Positions 1 to 12,536 of a stretch of 64,000 nucleotides of DNA are shown piece after piece. Under the pieces are notes generated by a model. The model was given only the letters and a program-made list of their open reading frames with translations, had not been told where the DNA came from and made no database searches. The stretch is from Styela clava (lineage: Eukaryota), in NCBI RefSeq assembly GCF_964204865.1, contig NC_135263.1:14756001-14820000 (forward strand), written 5' to 3'. Position 1 is the first letter of the stretch. Each line of letters opens with the position of its first letter. Made by a program: the position numbers and the translations under genes.

Positions 1-3000
1 TAACACTGTTTATTTGTGCAATGCCGTTCAATGCAGCTGTGAAAGTTGTCGATTGTTTCTTCTATGATGGAGCTCCTGTTATTTTTCAAATTGCTCTGAG
101 AGTCTTAGAAGCTAATATGGTATGACATGAAAATGTTAAATTTTGTCATTTTATACAACTTTTTCTATTTTGTAGAATTTTCTGCTATTTATAAATACGG
201 TCGCCAATATTATAGTGTTTGCATCAAAATTAATATAAAATTTTTTAAAAGTCATTTGGGCAAATTTCTATTCTAGCAATAGAATTATAATAGTCATTTT
301 TAAGAATATTCCTTTGAAAAACCCATTTCCTAACATTTCACAAGTATTGTATGTGCAATGAATTAAGTACTAGATTACAATAATTTGGGTTCAGATACAG
401 TACTTCGATTATCAAAATTTTAAAAAGCTCTTTTTTGTGTAGTATTTATTTCAAAATTAAACCTCCTATATTGACTTAAAAGCTATTATCATGAATAGGA
501 TGAAACTATAATAGTTTTCTAGCAGCATCATATATTTTTGGTTTATCTCATATTTCTTTTTTACTGAAAACAGCATTACTTTTCAAACGTCCTCAAATTT
601 TTGTATTTTAAATATTTTACAGGACCAGTTAATGAAATGCAATGATGATGGGGAAGCAATGACAGTTTTATCAAGATATTTAGATAATATAAAAAACAGA
701 GATGCAAAGGATCCATTTTCACATCATACGTCATACATGGTATGTATTTACCTTTTCTTGTTTACAAAAATTCATATAAAGATTTTTAGGTATATTTTTT
801 CAAGTTGTGTTGCTCTAAATTCTCAATGTTTTCTCGATTAAATTAGTTTATAAGACACTTACTCACGCCTTATGGTTCGAACAAGTTTCTATACAAGAAG
901 CCACTGATATATCACCATATGTAAGGATTTTTATTTTATGCGGTATCAACAGAATCTTTTTGGTTTAGCTTTTATTTGGATGGACCAGAATGTTTTCAGT
1001 TCGGCATTGCCATCCAATTTTTTATACCTGGGTGATGGGCATGGGATTTGGACTTGATATTGATGCAGTTAAGTTTTACACTTCAATTGCTAGGATATTG
1101 CACCATCCTAAGTATTTTGGAAAATTGTGTTTTAATTGGCTTTCAATTTTATACAGGGTACCCAAGTGTTTGTTATATCCACGCACGACAATCACACTGT
1201 CTTTCATTTTTCTCGTGTTGCCTTTGTTGAAAATATTTTTACTGAATAATTAATATTAAATTGTTTAGGGTGGAAGCGCACCATCTACACCTGCACCACC
1301 GATAGACATTGCTGAATTAATTACTGAAGCTTACACAAATTTCAGTCAAATAACTGAAACTATGATCGAGAAAATGAGGTTCGATCAGAGGTTAAAGGTG
1401 AGTAATATTGATATTTTGCAATTATTAGCTTTGAAGAATTGTTTTTGTAAATCAAGGTTGTGGTTATGGGAGTGCATGCATTCTATCATGCATGTTTTAT
1501 TGACATCACATTTAGAACTGTATTTTTAAACTAGTCGGAAAGTATAATTTTACACTTCTAATGATAGTAATTGTAATTGAAATTTTCGAGAACAAAAAAA
1601 AATTAAAAAAGAATCAAGTGTTCTCGACAGACATTCAATTAAAAAATGCTTGCATATACCAAAGTTTTTGTTATCAAGTTCGTTTTTTTGGGGTCGCGAG
1701 CTGGGGTCTGAGTCCAGAGAGTGAGTAGAAATGTCTGAATGTGACTAAACAGGCAATTAATTGAAGGAGTGATTGCATATGCCGAAGTTTCTTAGGTTAA
1801 AATTCGATTTGCACGAGAGAGAGTCCGAGTTGAATTTCTTTCAACCAGGAGTCCAAAGCCAAAGTCTGTGTCAAAATTTTTGTCAATCAGGAGTCTAATC
1901 CAGAGCCATTTTTTGAATTGTAGTCTGGTGTAAATTTACCCAGACTATACAACCATGATTTGAATATCATTTGTTTTAATATATTTGTTATTAAGGTTGT
2001 TCGCAAACTTGAAGATACAACAACCAGAACCATAGTACGAGGAGTGCAATCAGAATGCAAATTTGAATATAATGAATTGGAGAACTTATTCCTCCTATTT
2101 AAAGAAGAACATATAGCGAAGTTAGTGATTTTGATACATATTTGATAAGTTATTGAACAATATATCTATATCAGTCTTGAAAACAAGGTGTGTTTTTTCA
2201 CATTTCACTTAATATTTTATATTACCGTAGGTTCTCTTACTGGATATATTGTGAATTGATTCGATTGTAGCTACAGCCAAACGTGGTTCAAAGTAATGTA
2301 ACGGATATTTTATTGTAAAAAAGAAAATACCTGATTTGTACATAAAAAAACTTCAGGACCTTCTGAATCAAAACAACTTGCATTTTTTATATCTACAGAA
2401 CATACTGGGGAGGGAACACAGATAATACATCAACAGCAACTGAGGATCCTACAAAACCTTCATATGAACAATATTATGCTGATAAAAATGGATTCAGGTA
2501 TAATCTGTTGTAACTTAATGAAACCGTCATCCGTGCTCAACATCTTGCCCTAAGTAGGTAAAGATTGCAGTCAATTCTGGAATAGCCTTGTTCATAAAAA
2601 AGGAGTGAAAAGTCTTTATATTAAAAAATAATTTGCCACACGAATTAGTCTTTCTCTCTCTATATATATATATATATACAGTGATACTTCAGTAGTCAAA
2701 TGATTCGAATTTCGAACAATTAGGTTGTCGAATGCTCTGAGCGAACTTGATTAAAATTTCTTGTTAGAAAAAAGTGAAACGCCTGAAAAATGTTTTCATC
2801 AAACTTTTTTTTTTCAGATATATGTTTTCAAACTTATGTCCATGGAGTTTTGGATCGCATGCAATAAGAATTGCTGATCAAGTATTCAGATTGTATAAAA
2901 ATAGCAAAGACAGCGTTGTCAGTTTCAGGGTGGGTACTGACTTGTTGGAAACAATGCTTAACCATCAGTCGGGGGCTAATCTATGAGTTGGGGTTATGAG

Positions 3001-6000
3001 AGACTACCTTTTCTTGTCCGCCAAGCCATTTAGCATGACCCTTGTCAACACTCACTCTTTACCATTTTGGCCTTTATTACTGTAAGGCTAAGCAATAACT
3101 ACAACTTCGGTTAAAGCTGATATTAACGAACTCTGCAAGATCTCTAAATTTCAAGTATTTCATAATTTTGCCTTATAAGAATTTTTAATTCGTTGTGTAC
3201 ATGAAAAAACTAGATTTTTTGTTTGGCCCAGCCAAAAAAAGTTGGCACAGGGGTAAAACGTTGCATACCTCTGCTGTACATGAACATAAAATACGAATTT
3301 TAAAAGAAGTAGAGGAGTGACCAATAAAATGCTAAGAGCTACTAAAATAACATAGAGTCGTGGTGCTGCATTACCTTCCAGTAAATGTCGATTGGCATAA
3401 CCTGAATGAGGTTTTTGAGTCTGGAAAACAGTTTTAGTGACATAGTGAATATTGTATAACTGAAGTTGTTTTAACTGGAAAATTAGACAGTGTGTACACT
3501 ACACAATGAGACCTCATTGCCAACTGGTTGCGATGGCTGAAAATTATTGCTATTATAGGTTGTGTGTACAATTCATTTTTCCTATTGTCCTGTATTGAAT
3601 GGCTAAACGGTATTTTCAGGATTTCGCTGTCACTCTTGGAATCATGTACAGAGGAGATCTGCAAGAGAAGTTGAATTTGTTATACAGATTACATCTCCCT
3701 CCAGCATTACCTAACGTACTTGAAATTGACAGCGCAGAAATTGGTGTTGAAGCTACGCAGTTCTTTGAAACAAGCCAAGATACTGAGGGTTCGTTGCTCA
3801 TATTATATTTCTAGTTGCAGTTTTTAAAACATCTCGCTCTCTTTTTTCTAATACTGTTCTTTGAATGCTAGCCGTTCATCAATCTATGATTTGAGCAGTA
3901 TTGGATGTTTTTCAGGTTGTATTTTTGTTTAATACTATATTGAAATTCTGCAAATATAATACCACCAAGTGGGAAGATGTTCAATGATATTTATAAAAAT
4001 TTGAAGTTCAGTGACTTTCTTAAAACTAATCTTATTCTTTTCATTTACACATCAGAATATTTGGTGTCGTTGCTCTATAACTAGCTTTGATTCGTCGCTG
4101 CTTCTCTTTCCCAGTAAAGCTGTACTATTGGCTTTTTTTTTTAATTCCTGTAAAGCTGATTTTTTTTTCACTGGTTGGATAAAATACTGTACTTGACTTG
4201 AATTTGGAAAATAATAGCTAGAGCAGGATTGAATTTATGTTGTAGTATATCTCATTTTTTTGTGTCAAATCTCATGTTTTAATTATTCAGAGCTGAAACT
4301 GCATGGGAAAGAGGAAGAGGAGGAATTAAATGAAGCACAGAAAAATTTTCTTGAAGTTATTGAGAGTGTTGCTGAAATTTCAGTTGACAATGAGTTCATG
4401 ATGACAACTGCTGTTCAGGATCATTTCTCAGAAGTGAGTTTTCTGTTTTGAGCAGCTGTATGGAAAATGGGATATCTTGGTTCGGAAAATGTTAAAGCTT
4501 CATAGTTTTTCTAAGATTCATTGAAAAGGAAAAAAAATACAATTTCATGTTGTATTTTTAGGATAAAAATGAAAACACTGAAAATTCAACTGCAGAAAGT
4601 CAACAAATATCAGGTAATTTCTGTTGATATTGTATTTTGTTTTGCTAATTTCTGGCAACTGTGCCTGTTCGCTTCTATTTATTGTTGTTTCACACTCCAC
4701 TGATTTCCATTTACTTGATAATATGATGTTTATTTGGGCGGCTTAAATGTGTATTCATATTTAGTTTGTCTTATTAATTAGCAAATTATGTATATGGAGG
4801 CATTTGAGGTTATGTGACAGGAGCAGAAGTAGACCAAGAGTATGATTTTTAGTCGAGACTTGTTTTTTTATTGTTCAGCTATGCCGTCAAAAAAAGGTAA
4901 TGAAGACGGTGATGCTGGTTCGGCTTCTGCAGGGAAATCTGGAGATGATCCTGAAAAAGTTATCAAACCTACTTCATTCCCTGAACCTCTTGTTACTAAT
5001 AAACCATCAGGTATGATGTACATTATGCATGTCAGATTTATGTTCGTGTATTTAAATTGGGTGGACTAAAAATAACTTAAGATTTCCATGTGTTTTTTCT
5101 TGGACACGAAGTGGACCTTTGGACTGTTTCGGAAAATCAATTTTATCATTAACTACTGGACTAATTGCTTTGAAATTTTCAGTGGTTGAAGATTGTAATT
5201 TTCGTTAGATGGCTATTACTTTTATTTATTTTAAAAAAATTTTGTGGCCTCCATGGGACTCGCTTGTTGCGCGCGATGAAATCATCAAAAGAAAAATTGC
5301 GCTCCTTGTGTTTGTTCTGCCTTCATGTGTGTTCAAATCTGCTGCTCGGCTGTGACAGATTAACTCATTAACTCATTTTCAAAATTCAACTTGAGGTTTT
5401 TGCATCGGTACTCACTTATCTTCAGAGATTTCCATATGACATTGCCTTCATATAAAAGTATTGCATTAATTTTCAGTTTATATTTCTGATTCGATGAACT
5501 AATTGTCACAGAAAAGTAATATATATTTTACTTTAAATTAGGGAGTACGATTATAGAAGTATTGTATTTTTCAACATTTTTGCAAAAATTACCTAAATTT
5601 TCATAGCTTGTGTTTTTTTCTAATCCATTTCTTGATTGTTACAGACAAATCAAAACCAGAAGTGAAAGATTATAAATATTACTTGGCATTGTATCAAGAA
5701 GACAAGAAGAAAAAATCATTGTTTAATAGGGATCTTGCTCCAATGAATCAGGTGAGATTTATTTGGTAATCTTCAGTCGGTAGTCATATTCAATGTGTAT
5801 ATATGATTGTTCGAATCCCATGTGGGCTTAATTATGTTTGAGAGGATTGCTGAACTACTCGTAGTCGTAGAGCAGTTCATGTAACCTCTGGTCAGTTATG
5901 CCTTACTCCACCATCAAGTTCAAGCTTCAAAATCCAACTAACCGGCTAACTAATTCCACACTGCACATGCACTGGTAACCGGACGAGAGGCCGTAATTCG

Positions 6001-8144
6001 CCATACGATTAAGTTGTTTTATCGGCTTTCCTCTCCCCCCTAGTCAATATGTAAATCCTTGGGGGGGGGAATAAGATTTGATCTTGTCCGCCTTATTTTG
6101 GATATTTACATTTCCAAACTTTTCAGTTTTTTCATTATTTACTTTCCATTCATGTATTTTCAATGTGTTTTTTGGAATAAAACATGATCTGTCTTACTAT
6201 CTGTTATTTGTAGCTCATTGTTAGCTAGTTATTCTTGAGGTGGGCCGCGAGACTTGACAAATTCTAAAAAGGGGATGCAGTTTAAAAAGTTTGAGAACCA
6301 CTGGGTTTACACTCTAAGTAGGAAAAATGTGAAAATGAATTTCACAAAGCCGAATCAAATCTTGGATATTTTGATCAGATTTTATATGTTATGGAATTTC
6401 GAATTTGATGTAAGGAACATATGAAGTACATTTTTTATGTCAATATTTCATTTTTTTTACAGGCTCAATTCATCCAAATGTGTAAAACTCTGTACAACAT
6501 GTTCAGAGAAGATGAAAATGAAAGTGATTTATATCAAGCCATTGCCATGGTGGCAACTTTATTGCTGAAAATGGGAGAGGTACCTACATTTTCGTTTATT
6601 TTATTTGTGATATTATATGTGTCAGAATTTAAAAAAAATTCAATTCATTTCGATAATATTACACTACCCAGCCTATGTTCAATCACTGGAATTTCTGTTT
6701 GATTCAAATTTTTTTCACGCTTGTTACGACTAGATATGTGAGTGATCTTTGTCACAAGGATGTTTAAAAAAAAGGGCAGTATCTTTAGTTTGTGGTAACA
6801 AAAAAGCAAAATTTATCAGTTATCTACAATGCTCTGGGAAACCTGAATTCATTCTTTGTGGTGGAATGAAAAATTATTTTCTTTTATATAAAAATTGTTC
6901 ATTTGAAATATATTAGGTTACTCGGGGATCAAGCTCATTGATCACATAGCAAATCATGCTATGTGGTAATTTTTTTTTTGTAAAATAAATATTTTTCTGC
7001 CCAATCCCACTAAAGCAGTAATGTCTAAATGTATGTTTAACAAAATGTAAACCTACATGGCACTCATCCTCCTTTTCAATTTTTAGGTTGGAGCGCAAGT
7101 GAAAAATAGCCAACAGAACCAAATTAATCATACATCAGAAAATAATTTGCAAAGTACTTCTGTCTCAACTGATGGGAATAACAAAGCAGAAGAGACATCC
7201 AAGATAAAACCTGGTATTTTTTTATTCCTATTGTTATATTGTGTTAATTTGTTAATAATATTTTAGATTGCCAGCCTGATTAGATGACTTTTTATCGAAT
7301 TTTTAGTAATTGTACTGTTATGATCAAAATTTTCTTTTTGAGTCGAATATTCTATTTTTCAGTTGCCAATTTTCTGGCGAGAGCAGATTCTCCGAGTTCT
7401 ATTGCTTCATCTAACGCTACTGTAAATAGTGGCGATTTCGAAAAAATTCCGAACTATCATATCGGCAGTGACGGCACTAGTTCTGATGATGGAAGCAGTG
7501 CCAACTCGAAAAACAGAGAAAAGTTTTTAAAAATTTATGCTACTGGTGAAAGTTCTGGTTCAAAAACTCATTCTGTTGCATCATCTGATCCACAAAGTCC
7601 ACTGATCACAACACCGTCGTCTTCAAATTCTCTTCAAGAAGAAGACGAATCATTCCACACCCCAACCGATGGAGAAAATTCCATGATTTTTACCCCGAAC
7701 ATTGCGAGCTCTCCTCGAGACCATGGTTTATTTATGAGAGAAATAGACGAAAAAGGGGAGGGTAAACTGACATCTGTAACTGTGGAACCGATTTCACCTG
7801 ACACTGTTCTCGTGTCCGCAGCGCACTCAAAACCACCCGGTGCGCAAATAAACTCTGGCGGTCAAAGAAAGAGTATCACAGAATCAGTTGATCATAAATG
7901 GACGATCACTTTTGAACAATTTGTAGCATCCATGCTGACCGAAGAAGCCCTTGTAGAATTTTTTGAACGCAAACGCAGCACTGGACAAGCTGTTATGAAT
8001 TTACGTAGCAAACATGCTGTTGAACGACAGAATTCTATAGCTCGCTCGTCGCAATCTAGTTTTATTTGTGATTCGCCCCCTCCTTCCCCTTCATCTTCAA
8101 ATTCAGTCTTTAGCTCTCGTAAAAGTGAAACAAAATTAGTGTAA
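1..8144 (+). CDS. TBC1D9: TBC1D8/TBC1D9-family Rab GTPase-activating protein, 3' part (end of TBC domain, EF-hand-like region, C-terminus); 14 exons, 5' end outside window
   Basis: Phase-consistent GT-AG exons: <1-119, 623-739, 1269-1397, 1996-2120, 2399-2497, 2818-2929, 3620-3788, 4291-4433, 4562-4613, 4879-5010, 5645-5751, 6463-6579, 7087-7213, 7363-8144 (TAA). Peptides [88 protein letters not shown] and [22 protein letters not shown] match recalled TBC1D9/8 motifs. The 8 versus 9 paralog assignment is uncertain. Confidence 0.92.
3012..3273 (+). repeat. Interspersed MITE-like repeat, with further copies at ~34150-34440 (-) and ~40966-41244 (+)
   Basis: GTCCGCCAAG..ATTTAG..TG.CCCTTGTCAACACTC and ATTACTGTAAGGCTAAGCAATA are shared among the three loci. 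Confidence 0.6.
5809..6059 (+). mobile_element. SINE copy, same family as 32358-32682, 5'-truncated
   Basis: GTTCGAATCCCATG...GAGAGGATTGCTG...GGACGAGAGGCCGT...ATCGGCTTTCCTCTCCCCC...AATATGTAAATCCT. Confidence 0.7.
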
Positions 8145-8952
8145 TTATCCGTGAAATGTGACGTTTCGCTACTGTGTTAGTTTTCACACTCTACTCTGTT
8201 ATCTGTTAACTATATATTACTATATCAACATGTTTTGACTTTTTTTTTTTCCTTTTATGTATAGGAAGACCATACATAAATAGTTTTGATTTTTATGTTG
8301 CAATTTTCCTAAATACAAGATCATGAGTAGTATTTCAGTAAAACTTACTAATTCAAAAAATTTATTCTCGCCTAAATATTTTGATATTTAAATTTAAAGT
8401 ATTTAGTATTCTCAATTACTACTTTATGGAAAATTAATGACCATTTAAATCAATAATGTCGTAGTTCTTGGACCAATTATATTCCTAATTTAGTGTGTTG
8501 GATATCGTTTGTAAAATGAAATATCTTTTCCACACAATTAGCAACATACGTGGCGTGTGAATGTATTGCCCAACGTTTTCGACCCACAAATTCTAATAAT
8601 AGCCACTGTTTTGTCTTCTGTAAAATGTTCTATTTCGCACAAAAATCACAGTACTATAAATGAAAAACCATTATCTGGTAATTAAGAATAATATTTCATA
8701 AAACTAAATTAGAAATTGAAAGTAGTAGCGTTACTAATCGCCATCAACATGATTGTCTTGCCTCATAACTCTTTGTCCACTTTCATCAAAATTTAATTAT
8801 AAGAGTAACTGAAATAGATTGATAGATTATTATCCAATGCTTTGATTTTCCTCTGTTTATGGCTCAGTTCCTTACAATTATTGTATTGTTGTAGTAATGA
8901 AGAGCAACTCAAAAAATTGGTTCCAGTACTTAGAAGAATTGTTTATTAATAG

Positions 8953-9301
8953 CAGGGGTGTGCAACCTGTGACCTGCGGGCCAAATGCGGCTCTCAATAA
9001 AAAATTGTGCGGCCTGAGGAGAATTACAATTTTGAAATAATGTGCGGCCCAGGAAAAGAGTTTTTAATTTAATTTGGTACATGATAGTGACTCAAATGTC
9101 TTTGTGTTGTGAAGCGAAGCCTATACCTGAGTCCAATATGCTATCTATGCCTTAACAGCTAAAGCATGTCATAAGATCAATATCCAAAATTTTTGTGCCT
9201 GCAATTATTAGGTAGTGCATGTTATTAAATAAAGGTGCAGCCCACAGTTTCACCCTGTTATTTCTATATAGCCCTTCTGTATTGAAGGTTGCACATCCCT
9301 G
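8953..9301. mobile_element. hAT-type MITE in the putative TBC1D9 3'UTR
   Basis: TIRs CAGGGGTGTGCAACCT / AGGTTGCACATCCCTG; GCGGCC subterminal motifs; TSD degenerate. Confidence 0.7.
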
Positions 9302-10616
9302 ACTTGTAGTATATGTTCAGTGACTTGGTGATATGTTTATGCTTGTAAATGTGATAAAAACTTTACACCACTTGTTTCAAGAAGATAAATTGAGTGAAGA
9401 GAATTTATTTTGATCTGCTGTGTGCTGTCTCAGCAGCTAGAGAATTATTACATATAATCTATAACAAAACTAGCTGTGTTTGTGCCCTCTTCAAAACTTG
9501 TTGTGAGGAGGTCCTGGGTGCATTTTTAATTGCAATATCCAATGCCAGAGGACATAAGGTAGTTTCTGGGATATTCATGCCTATATGGAGACCTTCATGT
9601 GTGTATTTTTATAACAATCTATTATGTTTTGCCATTTTGAATCATTGCTCAATATCGGTTTTATTAATATGTGCAATAACTAAATTTTAGTTTTGTTGTC
9701 TTTACTGCAATGGTGAATACTTAGATCTAGACTAGATAACCTGCTTCTTGCCTGTTTTGTTTGTCTTTTTAAAAGGGTAGGCGTAGTTTTGTTTTCAGTA
9801 AATTTTGATGCTGAATGATAACATTGATTTCATTAAATGTTTGGAATAAAATTTGTGATTTAGGGGTTAGTGAATGAACTGAACATAAGTGGCGTCTGCA
9901 ATTCTTATGGCATTGATGAAAATATTTTACAGATCTATGTTTTGTATGCATCAATGTTTGACTGTTCAAAAAATTTGTTAAAAGATTGTATTTATTATTT
10001 TTTTTTTTTTTTATCACGTAGAGAATTCTATTGAAGCGCATATGAAGAATTATGAAGGTTGTTTTAAATAATTCTATTTGAGTAGTGTGGGCTATTTGGT
10101 ATTGCTTATTCCTGTGGTATAATTTTAGTAGATTCTTCATTTCAGCATAGTGTATTCATTCATATTGTGTTATACCCTTCATGTGATGTTGGTAGATTTG
10201 CATACTTGTTTTTAGAAAGATTGTCTATCTCTGCGGCTTATTATTCTTGCACTGTAGACATGTAATTTGTTGTATTGAGTAAAGTATTATATGGTGTTTG
10301 TTTTTTGATTTCGATTTGAATGCTTAGTAAATGTCAATCTCTAGACTTCGTTTTTTTCTTTTGTGATCGGGGCTACAGGTTTAGTTTAATCAAGATGCGT
10401 ATGTGTGCGGTCCTGTTGCTATAATATGTCCAGCCTCAGCAGCTTAGTTTGGCAAAGTGCAGGGGTGTTTGCTTATTATTCATAGGCAATTCCTTTTTTA
10501 ATGTTAAGTTTTACATTCATCATTTAGTTGGTCAGAGCATTTCTGCAGCACGATAAACAAATGATTAGTTGTGTGATACACTGTCCTTCCCTCACAAAGT
10601 TGCTTGGATGAAATTG

Positions 10617-10622
10617 AATAAA
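10617..10622 (+). terminator. Candidate polyadenylation signal of the TBC1D9-like gene
   Basis: AATAAA at the end of a long T-rich, 3'UTR-like stretch downstream of the stop at 8144. Other AATAAA hexamers exist, so usage is unproven. Confidence 0.35.
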
Positions 10623-10705
10623 AAGTTAACAGACTTGTTTCCGGAGACTAGACTTCTCTGTATTTGCTTGGCAGTGTGGCGCATAATGATGAGCGTCAGG
10701 GAATA

Positions 10706-10920
10706 GACTTGCCAGCACACCTCTAATTACCCTGGGGATAACCATGTGCGAGAGGATTGCTAGACTCCTCGCCGTCGCAGAGTGGTTCACTAACGGCATC
10801 CTCAAGCATGAAAACAAATAACTACCTGACATCCTAACTAATCCCATACCCGATATTAGACTGGTAATCGGACTCGAGAACATGGTTCGGCATATGATTA
10901 AGCTGTCCTATCGGCTTCCG
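10706..10920 (+). mobile_element. SINE copy, same family, internally deleted
   Basis: CACCTCTAATTACCCTG...GAGAGGATTGCTAGACTCCTCGCC...AACAAATAACT...CATATGATTAAGCTGTC.TATCGGCTT. Confidence 0.7.
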
Positions 10921-12177
10921 TCTGACGCGGGAATTTCGATATACTTTTTACTACTATAATTCAATCGTACAAAATTTTCGGTCTTTTTTTTTTAATTATT
11001 AATTTTGAATTAGATCAAGATTATTAATCATTTTTTAGAATTTTGAATATCATGGTTTTAATTACCACCATTTGAAAAAGTCATATTGTCTATACGAATT
11101 ATAAAATTTCATACATTTTTTTATTTTTTATTATTAATAAAAACATCACTTTTTATCCACATAAACACATAAAAATAACACATAAAAATTTCATACATTC
11201 TATTGATTTCTATTACTGGAGTGCATTGAAGCGTAAAGTCTGTGGTTTCGTGCGATCAAATTCTTGAAAAATATTATTCGGAACTAGGTTTGTCATTGTC
11301 ATGACGAAGCGACGCTTTCTGGAGTTCTGCATTCTTATAAGTGAATGCCTCTTGTATATAAGACATTTTTGTGGCTATTTTTTGATTAATGCAAGCAGGA
11401 AGGTTATTTTGTTACGAATTGACCCAAACTACTTCAAGTACCATTTTGTGGTTAAAAACTATAGGCCTACTTAGTTATCAAAATTCTACCATGTCCAATG
11501 TCATAGAGGTCGTCACCAATGTCTGAATGTCAACTGAAAATAGGGGTCTCGTGTAGTTTCGTACCTAACGTACTTCTAGTGGGCGTAGCATGACAATATT
11601 TTAATCCTAACCCCCATCTGACTACGCCATCCAAAAATTACCGTAAAACCGGCTAACTTCGGATGATTTCACTATATTTTGAACAATATCTCCGCCGCAT
11701 GTTGTTCAACTGAAGCCAAATTTGGAATATAATACATTGTGGCTATTCTCGTCTTGATAAAGTCGGTTCCATACCCATCAAAGCCTTTTTTCATTGAAAT
11801 TATTGTCTTTATTCGTCTATTCTAAAATTATCTAACTTCGGATGGCCACTTTTCTCTTTGCGTCAACTCGTCGTGAGAGAGAAATGTCTGCGTAAGCAAT
11901 GACGCGTGACAACGTCGCTGAATAGACCTTACGCCGCCACGACCCGTCTTGCGTGTTGCATACTGACGTTTGTACGTGACGTTACTCTTGCCGCTTCGCG
12001 AAGCTTAACTATTTATTCTTGTGTCCTTTATTATAACTCGTATATATTCACTAACTACTCCTAATTTATTGCAAAATGCTAGTTCGTTCTTTTATGATCG
12101 TTTATTTTCAATGCAAGAAAAGGATTAACAAAAAAAAAAAAACGGAAGAATTGAAAGTACCTAACACTGGTGTAGGT

Positions 12178-12384
12178 TGAAATTGAAATGCAATATGGAA
12201 CAAGTAGAGAATGAACAAAAATTAGACAATTAAAAATAAACGGATGAATCGAATGAAACACTGGCAAAAGTAAAAATTGAAATCAAAAAGCAATATGGAA
12301 CAAGTAAGGTATGAACAAAAATTCGACAGTTAAAAATAAACAAATGAATTGAAGGAAACGTTGGCAAAATCAAGAATTGTAATC
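12178..12384. repeat. Two diverged tandem copies of ~100 bp inside the pogo-like element
   Basis: GCAATATGGAACAAGTA...ATGAACAAAAATT.GACA.TTAAAAATAAAC...TGGCAAAA occurs twice. Confidence 0.75.
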
Positions 12385-12536
12385 ATTTCCACATGGGTTA
12401 GACGGGTCTTTGCAACAGTTCTTGTGGAACCAATGTGTTTCGCTGCAGCTTTCGCAACCGACATCCCTGCTCTAACATCAGCCATAGCCTTTTGCAAGTC
12501 CTCGCTATTGCAGGAGTTGTAAGTTCGCTTTGGCAT
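12330..12536 (-). pseudogene. Truncated transposase N-terminus (HTH_psq)
   Basis: SEDLQKAMADVRAGMSVAKAAAKH fits the psq consensus, after which similarity stops. It lies inside a TA-flanked TIR element. Confidence 0.7.

Noticed and set aside
7284-8144. 286-aa ORF as a stand-alone gene
   Set aside because: It is the last TBC1D9 exon (from 7363) plus intronic read-through.
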